Part shown: positions 52,470 through 64,000 of the stretch, piece after piece
Layout of the letters: each line of letters opens with the position of its first letter
Numbering within the stretch: position 1 is the stretch's first letter
Source of the DNA: Isurus oxyrinchus
Taxonomy: Eukaryota
Direction: 5' to 3'
Length of the DNA: 64,000 nt
NCBI GenBank assembly: GCA_026770705.1
Contig: JANJGN010000041.1
Location: forward strand, 1,240,001 to 1,304,000
Program-made: the position numbers and the translations under genes
The notes under the pieces: generated by a model
Told to the model about the DNA's origin: nothing
What the model saw: only the letters and a program-made list of their open reading frames with translations
Database searches by the model: none

Positions 52470-53361
52470 GAAGAAAAGGCCAAAGGCTGTCACTCACTGG
52501 ACATGATGACAGATTATTACGAAACTCATGGATCATGCTCTAAATTTAAAGTGGTGGTGCATTTAAAGAGAGTTTTCTGGATATCTCAAGAGTGATACCA
52601 ATTATGAAAGGCTTTCTGACGAATGTTGAGATGCCCACTGGAAAATAAACTTCTTTACCAAGGAAGGAGCTTTAGTTTTGCCCAAAATTCCTGGTACCTG
52701 TTCACTTGCGACAGATCTGGACCTGCAAATGTGTTCCTAGGATAGAATGGATAGCGAGAGTTTCAAACAATTCGTTTGGTGTTTCTGTGTTGAAACATTC
52801 CCTCCCTTTTTGTTAAGTGTAATATGGCCATGATTATTGTCAATTATTTTTGTGTTACAGAGGCAAAGCAGACTCCTGTGAATTTGTTTGCCTAAACAAT
52901 CTCCACGCATTAAAATAAAATGTTTTTAATATTGCTCATCAAGCAAAGCCCCATTCTGCTTTGGAGTTCCATTGTTCCTCCCTCTCTGCTTTTGAAGAGG
53001 GCTTGAAGCACTTACAACCTTCCAAACCTCAGATAATACCTTGAGGTAGAATTAAATATAGTGGTCAGTCCGATCACCATTCGCATCGTTCCTTCCCTCA
53101 GTGAACTGCATACTCCCCATCCAGACCAGGTCAATGTTATAATTTATAGTGACATAATAACTGTTGGATCAAAAGACGATCACAGAATCAATTTGTTCAG
53201 TGTGTAACTCATGTCAATCTCCATGGATGCTAATTGTGTCACTGGACGATTTCCCTCTTCCATTAATACAGGGCTCAGTACAATGCATTATGCAAAAGCG
53301 TTAGCAGCAGAATCGCATCCAGCAGTCACAAGGATCAACGGCCCCTGAGAAATCGAGTGCG

Positions 53362-53535
53362 AGTGATCAGAATCTGAGAACAACAGATTGTAATGTTACA
53401 ACAATGCATCAGTATAGCAGAATATTGAATTCGAATGTTGAAACAATGAATTAGATTGTGAGGACAATATAATTGGATGTTACAACAATGGATCAGAATC
53501 TGAGAACAATATTTTGGGATGTGACAACAATGGAA
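53362..53535 (+). repeat. 42-bp tandem repeat (4 units) across the 5' UTR and N-terminus of copy C
   Basis: Unit starts at 53362, then ATGs at 53404, 53446, 53488 and 53530. Confidence 0.85.
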
Positions 53536-53662
53536 AAGACTTTATCCTCCGGACTTTACTATCTTTCTCAAGATTGGATATTGTTAGCTGATTGGAGCAA
53601 TGGTGTTCTTGCCGTGATTCAAGTGAGTTATTACCCCATCCAATCCATTCTTGGTGTCTCAG
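53488..53662 (+). other. Exon 1 of GPCR copy C
   Basis: 175 nt open frame; 23 differences from exon 1 of B by manual count (about 87% identity). Confidence 0.85.
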
Positions 53663-54599
53663 GTAAGACGCTCTATTCAGCAGTCCAATCCCTAAAGCAC
53701 AGATAACTGCATTTTCGTTACTGTCTTTAACATTTATGCAACACTGCAGCCACATTCAACTGTTACCAGCATAAAGTCTGTTCCCCATCCAGAGTCTGCA
53801 CTGCCCCCTGGCACAAATGTCGAAGCCTGAACCAAACTGTTACCCACCTCCAAGCTCCGTTAATACTGATCTGATTTCTGAGCCCAGATCCTCTGCATTC
53901 TAAATTTTGTCTGCTACCAGTTCCTTTACACCAACCACCATCACCCCTGCCTCAGTCCAACAGCAGAGTAACACGCCGCTGTGCCTTGGTTAAGGCCAGA
54001 CTCGACTAATGTCAATCTCTCCACACAATTCCTGTTACAAACCTTCAAGAACCAGAGCCCACCAAAAACTCGAACGTTTGTCAGGTAACTTACACAAAAT
54101 CCCATTTGTCCGTCATCCATGTGCTCACGGATCAACGTTGGTCGTGGGTCTGCAAGATCCTCAACTTCAATAATCCTAATCCTGTGATTATATCACTCCA
54201 TAGCCTCACTCCTCCAATTAATCCAATTGCCAGTATCTGGTGCTTCATGGTTGACAGGGGGCTTACATAGGTTTGATGAATGCCTTTAAATCTCGGCTTT
54301 TATCTTTCCACTGAAAGCCTGTGTTACTCATTCCAAGCTAGATATGTGTTGAGCAACAGTTGTAACCCTCTGCAGTTTCATTTGAATGAGCAAGGCAAAG
54401 CGGTTATAACTGATTAATTTCATTGGAAAGTTCATTGCGGTGCTGTGGATCTTTTTCTAGGTGTTGAGCTGTGAGGGGCTGCGTACATTCAGGGTGGAAA
54501 AATGATTTCCCATCCTGGATCTGGAGGCTGCTGTTGCAGTGCATTTGGATCTGCACGTTGACCAGCAAACGTAGCAGAGGGCGCAAAGAGTGAAATCTC

Positions 54600-55560
54600 T
54601 GTGAACATGGTGGAAGAGAAGTGGTGACCTGCACGACGCCTCCCGGAATTTCCAGGAACACTAAGAAATCTACAACGAACACAGGCAAAGTGGGTGAAGT
54701 AAGTCTGATGCAGCGAGGAGTTGGCTGCATATATGTGTCACGTCCTTCAATATGTGCAGGAGCCTCACATCAGGGTGAGGGAGGTGCTGCCAGTGGCCGT
54801 TCAGGTCAGAGGATAATGGAAAGTTTCAAACAAGGAACAAATGACATGTTCATTTTTCAACACAATTTTTTGTAATGATGTATCCAATACTTGAGAGGGA
54901 ACATAAATGCTGGGAGAAGCATTTGCACCGTTGGGTCCCTCCAAAGGGAGAAGCAGGAAGTGTGGTCCCATGGCTTCCCAGGATAGCAGCATTCCGTTGG
55001 TGTACATGGCTCTGCCATGTCTCCATTTCAATTGGGACAGTTACAGGATATGAAAGGTTTGTCAGTCCTTTAACGTGCAGTTGATGTGCGGGTATGCACA
55101 GTGTGTCATGATGGTGACTGTCCCATATCCTCGCTGCAGACACGATACCTTCATTCTGAAGCAGTTGGTGATTTCCAACACATTCAGCTCTCCTGAGAGA
55201 ACCATAATGTGGCTCTTACGTGATGAAAGCAGCCCCGCAGATAATTGGATCAATAAAACAAAACACACCCTCAATGCTCCCTGATGTCCAGCGAGCAAGT
55301 AAACACAACACCTGAAGAGTGACAGCAATGGAGCTGCACCGAACATTGTGGATCAAGCCGTGAGTGTGATGAAGCAATGCTTCGGATGCCGGAGCCATGC
55401 AGTGTGAGCACTCATTCTGGAGCGGGTGGTCATGCTCATAATGTTCTAATTCTCTCTTCATATCATCACCATCATGAGGACATGGGCATTGACACCAGAA
55501 ACCCGAGGAATACCACAGGAAGAGGAGTAGAGTACAGTTACGGTATACCCTGGATGCATT
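54600..55560 (+). mobile_element. Harbinger/PIF (HARBI1-like) transposase remnant in the intron of copy C
   Basis: SFNVQLMC..YPRCRHDTFILKQ..WLLRDES..NIVDQAVSVMKQCFGC resembles HSLNVQLVC..YPGSSHDAFIL..WLLGDKGY..IEQAIGVLKQRFRC. Confidence 0.75.
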
Positions 55561-56546
55561 TGAATTTGAGAGGTTGCCGGATTTGCTTCCTTAGACTCTA
55601 GTTCTGATAACATCGTATTCTGAGCTTGTTCGCAATGGAATGTCAATGTTTGGACAATGGGAATCGGACAACATGTTTACAGGGCAGGGACGCTATTAAT
55701 GATGAAAGAAACACTTCAAAATAACATTCGTTAGGAAACATTTTGAGGTATTCGTGCAGTAAAAATGGATAATTCGTGTTACATGTCATTGCATTTATTC
55801 ACAAGAGAGGGCCAACCACACTGTCGATTAAAAGACAGATTTTCCCCAATTCCATTTGTCTTGAAGCACTGAGGAGAGAATTCTTCGGGTCTGCAACACT
55901 TTCAACGAACAGCTTAAGCATTGTAAATAATCTACCCGTGTATTTTATACTGTCGTATTTATCTAATCGCATGTTACATATCTGGATATCATATTTTATT
56001 ATGTGTGTGCTTGCGATTTTTAGAGGCAAGTGTTCGTTATGTTTTTTTTTTATTTTGGACTTTGTAATAAATGAATGTTTACCCTTTCATTTGATGTTAA
56101 CATTCCCAAGAACGCCTGTTTATGAGACTAATCTCGAAATTACATGAGTCGATGGGGGAATCTCTCTTTCTCATTAGTACATGATCTTCTGCTCGGCAGA
56201 GAGGTTGGGAACAAAGATAAATCAGCCCATACCTTTTCTCTGTCATTTACCCAACCATCACCGTTGGTTGCTCCCTTTCAACACCAGCTCCCCTGTCACT
56301 CCTGAGTTTTTCTCCCCAAAAATCTGCCTCCCCCGCCACTCTTGTCTCCTCTGCCCCTACAGCTCTGTTCTTCTTTTATTCACTCTTACCTCCCTTCCAC
56401 TGTGTCACAGACCTTCTTGGTTCTCCTTTCAGGACCATTCATTTCAATACATCAGAGGATGCTCGAACACATCTCAATAACACCACGATCTTGCTGGCAA
56501 CTTTGATGCCAGAGTCACTCTCATTGTTTATTTCCCTGCTTTGCAC

Positions 56547-57465
56547 TAACCCTAATCGCGATTATGATCCTCAAGCGCAAGAGGTGTGGTCTCTCCGATT
56601 GTGTTACCCATTACCTGGTTGCCATTGGCAGTGTCTGATCTACTTGTCATTATCCTGGACCTGACTTTGAGGCATATTCCAATTGTGTTAGATAAGTATT
56701 TTGTTTTCACGAAATCAATCCCCATGTTTAATATCCATGCCATCCTGCTTTATGCAGCCAATGACTGTTCTGTCTGGTTCACTGTTGCTTTCACCTTTGA
56801 GCGATTTGTGGGTATTTATTGCCTAAAGCTGAAAATCAAATATTGCAGCGAAAAAAAAAACGGCAGCTCTGGTTTTTGGCACCGTGAATGTGCTGAGCTG
56901 TTCAAAGAACATTTTCTGCTGTTTTATGCTCACAGGTTAGTGTTGGCTCATAAACTTCCTCCGGTTTTGTGGTTACACAAAGGAAGTTCTGTTGTCACGG
57001 TTCAGGGTAAGAATCTAGTTCACCCATCACATGCAAATACCGCGTGTCGCATTTGTGTGGATTGTGCTGCTCAATATTTTGACAGGAAGGTACATTTTAC
57101 TGGCCAGCAGCGGACACCTGAGGCTCCATGCTCGCAAAAATTGGAAATCTCCCGGGGAACAAGATATGGAGAGTCAAAATAAATCGATCATTTTACTGAT
57201 CTAAACCAATTTCATACTGTTATGTGCAACGTAAATCGTTTATTCTATATGGACGCGGCTGTATGAATTTGGGGACAATTCTCTGTACCTGCCTAATATG
57301 GTTCTGGAATTGGGTTTCATGCTGCAGCTCTTGAGTAACTGCACAAAGACTGGGATTTACACTGTGACCCAGCTGAAATTCACGGAACATATGTGGAGTA
57401 TGGTAAACTATCCCTTTAATCACATTATTCAATTAGATCAATGATTAGACCATCCGAATCATTAG
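56547..57465 (+). pseudogene. GPR139-like: Exon 2 of GPCR copy C, heavily decayed
   Basis: AVSDLLVIILDLTLRHIPIV..NDCSVWFTVAFTFERFVGIYCLKLK in ORF 56586; multiple stops and frameshifts. Confidence 0.88.
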
Positions 57466-59998
57466 TATCTCTAGAATTATTCCATGTAATTTATCATTTC
57501 AAGAGTGAGGATGGGCCTTTTCACTGGAGGCGATGGAACAATGGGAGATTCCTGATTTTTCACATTGAATTCCATATTTCCTGCGTGGGGTGGGTGATGG
57601 CACTGGGCTGCGAATGAATCTCTGCTTGCTTTTGGAACTTTCACCTTGATTTTCACATTTCTAGTGCGGGTAGGTGTCTGTGACAAAGCACAGTTTCAAA
57701 GCAGGGGCTTCACTCAGTAATATGTATTCCAGAAATCGAGTAGGAGCTCGCAGCATCTGGGCACGCTATTTCATTATTCCCGGTATTAATATTCAAGTAA
57801 ATTGAAGTAAACTCTCTGGTGCCTCGCTGGTTAATTAGTGGAAGACATGTAACTGATTGGAACAGGCAGTTATCTCATGTTCCAAACTGAACTTATATCC
57901 TCTAAATTAAACAGGCCCATTCCCTAGTAAGTGATCAAATAATTCAATGTTCTTCCATTTTTCAAAAATTTAAAAAAGTTTGGCGTTATATATCCGTAAC
58001 AGCTGGAAATGAACAAATGTCACTACAGTTTATGAGAATATATGGAGACTGAATAATCTCTGTGGATCTGTAAGCTTAACATCAGTAGCAGGGGAAATTC
58101 TGCAACCTATTATAAAACCTAATTGTTTTGAAAATAGTGGTAGCATGGCGGAGAGTGAGATTTGGAAGAATGTGTGAATTTATCCACTTTGTTCAGAAAA
58201 TCAGAAATGCAGGGTAGTTAATAAATGGTAAGTCGTGATGTCGAAATTGAGCTAAATATCCTTCTTCATCAGTCACTAATAAACTATGTGTTGAAGGAAG
58301 CAATTAGAAATTCAAAAGGTGCCTTAGCATTTCAAGCAAATGAATTTGATTGCACGAGTAATAATATAATGTTGCAATTGCCTCAAACATTTGTGAGAAG
58401 GCAGCAGGATATTTTGCACAGTTTTAGCCAATTTAACCAAGGAAGGTTGTAGGTGTCTTAGAAGGATTGTAAGGAAAGTACTCCATGTTGATGACCTATG
58501 GGGAGAGTTTGAGGAGTTTGTGTCTATGTTCTCTAGAGTGAAGAAGAATAAGAGATGATCTCAATGAAGCAGACATATTTCTTACATTGTTCAACCGTTT
58601 AGACACGTAAATATTCTTGATACACTCTAGGTGTTCTAGATTAAAGACTCAGTCTCAGAATATGAGGTAGAACATTTTGGACTGAGATGCGGAGGAAATC
58701 AGTCACTTATAGGGTGGTGAAACACTGGAATTCCCAACGCCAGTGGGCTGTGAAAGATGAGTCATTGAGCATGTTTAAAACAAAAATCGATAGATTTCTT
58801 GTTATTAAAGTGTGCACGGTTTTGTGGATTTTGCTAGGAAATTGTGTTGATGTAGGAGAACCGCCATTATCTAGTTTAATGTTGGAACGGGTTAAACGGC
58901 CCAAATGACCTAGTCCTCTCATTCCCTAATTCCATTGCCCCTTGCAACATGTGGAATCCCATTCAGTCATGTATTTTTTATAATTGTACATTCAAATATG
59001 CAGAAGAGTGAAGGGCGCTGTTCAAAGTCGTTTATTAAATGATGAATTATTTGAATGTGGAAATATTCACTTCTTGTACTGTCAGGCCAACAGGATTCGA
59101 ATAAAGAGCAGGGCAAAATAGATGACCCTGGAGGCCAATCCAGGGAAATAACATTTCACTGTATTGATCCTATTGAGTTTAAGGCCAGCAGAGGCACCTC
59201 TGGTAAACAGGCTGCAGTCTGCGTTGAATTAGACAAATGAAAGAGTTTTCTAAATAGCTTGATTGGCTGCCAGCTGAACTGCCACATCTGTGGATCATAG
59301 TTACTCAATGGTGTTGAGTGTCTGAGGAAATATAAATAATAAGATGTTTTAATTCTGCTAAGAATTGCAATGGAATAAATCATATTTGTGTAATTAAACA
59401 GTTCCACTTGTGATCTTTTAGACCAGTGCTTTCTAATCGAAATCGCCTAAATGTCACATATGTGGCTATGACTACCTGATTTTATTTCTGTCTTTATTTT
59501 CTGAAAGCACTTAATGGTTTTACACTATTAACCAAGGGGTCGGTGTGGGTGGATGCAAGAATCAGCTTGGACTGATGTGTCTCAGATCTTATTTACCCAT
59601 GGCATGTGAAGCTTGTTATTTTGAATAGCTTTCTGAAGTAAACTCATTCAGCACACCCCCTGCATTCCCATGAGTACACGGAGATCCTGTCCAGGGCTTG
59701 TTAAAAGTCAGTTGGATTCCATTTTTTTAATTTTTGAAATGACATCAAAATGCATCGTTCACATAACGTATTAATGAATCAGTTGCAGAGCTGGACTGTT
59801 GCGCTGGTGTTGAATTGATGGTGCTAATTGTTGTGCTTTGTTTCAATACTTATTTTCCGCTCAACTCTCAACGTGTTATAAATCTCTCCCCATCATTGAA
59901 GAGGACATCTTCACACTACTGAAATGGATCAGTGAGATACTTAACCCTCCTTTTCGCACACGCACAACGTACTACCAGCCTACCCCAACCCATACAAG

Positions 59999-60001
<3 letters not shown>

Positions 60002-60041
<40 letters not shown>
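60002..60041. repeat. (CA)n microsatellite
   Basis: Pure AC run of about 20 units. Confidence 0.9.
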
Positions 60042-60043
<2 letters not shown>

Positions 60044-63000
60044 CCAATTAAAGGGTTACAATGATAGAGTCTGGATTGTCCTTCATTGATCAGGCTGATT
60101 CGCTTGCCGGTGAATATGATAAATGGCATTCCGTTCCTATCTCGCGACATTTTTCAGGTCGGAACTCACTGTCCTAGCTGAGAGAAACAGCTATCAGCGA
60201 TGGCAGCCATGAGGGGTCATGGCGAGTTACATAAATAAACCATCTGATGTCAGCAGCACGTAGTTCTTCCCTTGAGATCAAGCAGGCTCCAGTGAATGCA
60301 GCCAAGCGTCGTTTTTGCTATAATTCATTCATGAGATGCGGGAATCAAGTGAATAGTAATTGGGGTTAGAGTTTTCTGTGATCCCAGCTGATGTTGTCAA
60401 GTAACAATTCAGACTTCAGAATGCAACATGGATTGATAGGCCATTTCATATCTTTTATAACCCTTAGAGGGTACTTATTTAAACAGATTCACAATTATCT
60501 GACCTTGCTGTGTTATTTTTTAAACAAAAGATTTAAAAAAATACTTTGCACAAGCATTGACTATTTTCCATTCGGCAAAAAACACTTTGCATAGGTTTCA
60601 AGACAGGCGCCAAGATTTAAGTGGCTGAAGATCAGAGTAACCCTTTTATCACTGCAACAATTACAGACCAAAGACTCTTGTGAAGAGGATCCACTATTTC
60701 CACATTCAGGGTAAAGCTAGTTCAGTTGCAATGACTGCTCTTTGCCAGTGGACTTCTGAACATTCACCGAACATATTCTGCAATTGGTATCCCCGTTGGG
60801 ATGTCCATGAACTAACTGTAAATTCACTATTGTTTTAAGTTCAGGGCAACGTATTTGATTTTCTTAACTATCTGGGATCATTTGTAACAAGGCAGAGTCG
60901 GAGATATTTTTCTTGCATTGACTAAGTTGTTTCCTATTTATAATTAACTAAAACTGCTTCTCTCCTTGTCTCCATATCACTGTGGGTCTCCTTCTAATAC
61001 CCTGCTGCTAAAAAAAAGCACAGTTTATATTTATCTACCATTTATTTTTGTTGTAACTTCATTAAATTATCTCTTTGCTTCAATAAATATTAAAAAAATA
61101 TTAAAAATGCATATATGCAAACAGGTCCATAGGTCTGCAGCCTTAGTCTCACAGAAACTTAAACTGAAATACAACCTAGGTTTCAAAACTGCTTAACGCA
61201 CAGGAGTAAAAAAAAATAATTAAATTAAACGTAAAGCTATATCTTTTTCCAGAACCCACAAAAACAAACAAAACTCAATTAAAATGATACTTGCGCCAAA
61301 CATAGGTGTTAAAGATTTTCAATTAAATCTCAAAGTTGGAATGTTTATTTTTTTAACAATGAACCCTCGACTGAGCCTAACTTATCACATATGAATTGCT
61401 ATAATTGATTAGTTAAGTGGAATTCTTTAAGTGTGATGGTAAAATAACATAACGGGAATCAGAAAACGAAGTTGGGAAATGTGCGCTTATCCAAGGACCT
61501 CAGATTCCTTGAAGACTGACAGCAAAGTGAAGTCTCTCTTCTCTTTCAGAAAAGAAGTTTAGTTGTATCTCCAAACCATGACACCACTGACGCAATTGTC
61601 AAGCTGTGCCAATTTACAACTCAGTCTCCAAATTGCGTTTCTAACTTTATTCCCACTTTTGTCCATGACTCAGAAAGAGATCGTATTACCTAATCCGACT
61701 GGTTATTGTGAGGCCGGACCACTTTTGTACACCTCGCATGTGAGTTACAATCTGAGGAAAATTATTTATTACTTCATCAGTCCTGAAAATGTTGCATTCT
61801 ATTTTTTTTTAAATGACATATTTCCTCCAGATACGGATTACAGGTGTAGATGCAAGTCACATCTTCTTATGAATAATTCAAAGTATCGCAAATAACTGGC
61901 ATACAAATCATTTCCATGGATACTAAAGCAATTAGCAATGCATGTTGATAACGGTTCCTACCAAAATGTCAGGCAAGGAATGTTTTCCTTTTAACAAATA
62001 GCTCTTCAGTCCTACAGATACAGTAAATCATTTATTGTTTGGTGAGCGATAAGATTTTATACTAAATTCATGGAGATGAATTTAATATTTTTTTCTTTAT
62101 CTTCCAAATAATAAAAACACATTAAAACCACTTCCAAAACATTTGGGATTATATTTCTTGCTCTCTAATCTACAGAGGCGATTGCAGCATCCATATAATT
62201 TTGCGAGATGAAGTTTAATGCATTTATTATATCTAAAACCAGCTCTTTCAAAACTCTTGGATTTCGTTAACTTTCAGTCCCGTTGAGTTCTTCAGTATGA
62301 AACATTCTTTTCTTCAGATTCACATTCTCACCAGTCCCTTGTTGTCTCCTATTTCTGAGATTGTTATTTCTCCCTTCCTCCATGAAGAGAGACAAAAAGA
62401 TATGGCTATTTTCCATTCTGTTTCCTTTTTCCCCGTTATAAATTCTTCTTTCACTTCCTGCTATTTTCACGGTTATTATTTTCCTTTCCCATGCAACCAT
62501 TGAATTGTGCTCATTGTTCTCGACAATGTAGCTTCAAACTTGATTTTCTCTTTTTATCACTTTTTTTTTGCCTTTCGTTCCCCTTTGCCGAATTCTAAAT
62601 ATCTTCCAATGCTTAGGGTTATTACTTATTTCTCAAAGTTATGCTCCTCTTCCTTTTATTTAAAAGAATAAATAAGGACTATTATTTGCCTTGGATGGAT
62701 TAGGTTTCTTGCTGTGATTTCCTGTACCTCAAATCAATGTTTAGTTTTTGTAAACAAGTAATTTATTGTTTAAATCGATCTTTAAAACCATTCCTTGTCT
62801 ACCGTCATATATTTTAACGTAATTCTCCATATGCAACAGTAAATTGTCGCTTATACCTTCGTAGTTCTCAATGGTTTGACTTATGACCCTTGTTCCGGCT
62901 TGCATTACATCACTTTATACGCAAATATACAATTTTATCATATTATTGTCACGCTCTCTTAATGCTCTTTTCTAACAAGAATATTAATTAGCCATTACTC

Positions 63001-64000
63001 AATGCAAAAACCAGAGGTGAACTCTCCATTCCATAATTAGTTCCACAAAGCACTGTTCCAGCCCACTAAATCCTTATATTGCCGTCTCTCATCATTACTG
63101 CATTATTTTGTTACATGCATCACTATTTTCCTTTTCTATACCTCTCCCTCCATTAGCAATACTGTTTGGTGCCTCCCATTCCCACCATACTTCTCCCCCT
63201 TTTTTTTTTGCTGCACCCAAACTGTTTCTGCTTCTTGTTATTAAGATCTAAGATCCACTCATCATTGTACCTCATCCTTTATTAACAACGCTTCCCACCT
63301 TCCTTATTTTTTGCCCATTCTTGCAAAGTGTTGAAAACCCATGAGCAATCAATTCCAAGGCTTGATCACCTGCAGTTAGATCTCCGAAAAGGCAAAGAAA
63401 AATAGCATACCTGTTTACTTCTATTTGCAATGTCATTCGTCTACATTGCTGGGAATGTTGTGTGCATTCATGTAGAGTGCATTTAGTTATGTTTTTTTTA
63501 ATTAATTTCACAACCTATTGCTGTATCTGCTTGTGTGCTCGAAATTTAGTGTGCCCTGTCCATCCCTACAACAATCAGAATTTTGAACCAATACAATAAT
63601 GAGCTTCTAAAGAGTAAATATTTAAACTCAGACGAATGGATCCATTCGAAAAATGACATTTTGTGTCCCAATTAATAACGGAATTCCATGTAACATCTAA
63701 ATTACGACATGTAAAAAACATTTTAAAACTGATATATCTTTAAATACTCATTAGGTGAATTGTTTTAAAGTATTCTATAACTGACATTTCTTAAATGATG
63801 TGCAACTCAATTTTTTGAAAGACAACGTGAGTGATGTTTCTGAAACAATTCATGAATGGCAATTTCCAAAACATGAGCTTTTGCTGACTATTTTTTCCAA
63901 AGACTTATTTTTGAAAAGAAACGCATAATTGGCTTCTTGAAAAATTAAGTAACTGATATTTTCGTTACAGACTTTAAATGGTGTTTCCAGAAATGCCACA

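Larger units (their letters stand above)
53488..57465 (+). pseudogene. GPR139-like: GPR139/GPR142-like GPCR pseudogene, copy C (exons 53488-53662, 56547-~57465)
   Basis: Exon 1 is intact with a GTAAG donor. The acceptor is mutated AG>AC (56545-56546), with +1 near 56625, an A10 run at 56851-56860, and in-frame stops at 56938, 57016, 57202 and 57232. Collinear with B. Confidence 0.9.
51600..64000 (+). repeat. Tandem segmental duplication, unit 2 (contains GPCR C; runs off the window)
   Basis: Same order of Gypsy remnant, LTR, gene, CR1, LTR-like element, CR1 and AT-rich minisatellite as unit 1. Confidence 0.85.

Overview
Eukaryotic, repeat-rich vertebrate DNA. The repeat content (CR1 LINEs, Deu-domain SINEs, Gmr1-like Gypsy, Harbinger and Penelope-type remnants) points to a cartilaginous fish, probably a shark; this is an inference. 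The only gene-derived sequences are three paralogous two-exon class A GPCR genes of the orphan GPR139/GPR142-like family. Copy A is on the minus strand (about 5.6-9.8 kb); copies B (38.8-40.6 kb) and C (53.5-57.5 kb) are on the plus strand. All three have an intact 175-nt first exon but a disabled second exon, so as assembled they are pseudogenes. B and C lie in a tandem duplication of about 15-17 kb. Other notable structure: a variable-copy 42-bp ATG-led repeat building the receptor N-terminus; the same +1 T frameshift in A and B; an exact 404-bp direct repeat at a deletion breakpoint; 51-bp minisatellites derived from a CR1 coding motif; and a degenerate hammerhead-ribozyme-like motif. All alignments were done by eye, and repeat boundaries are approximate.
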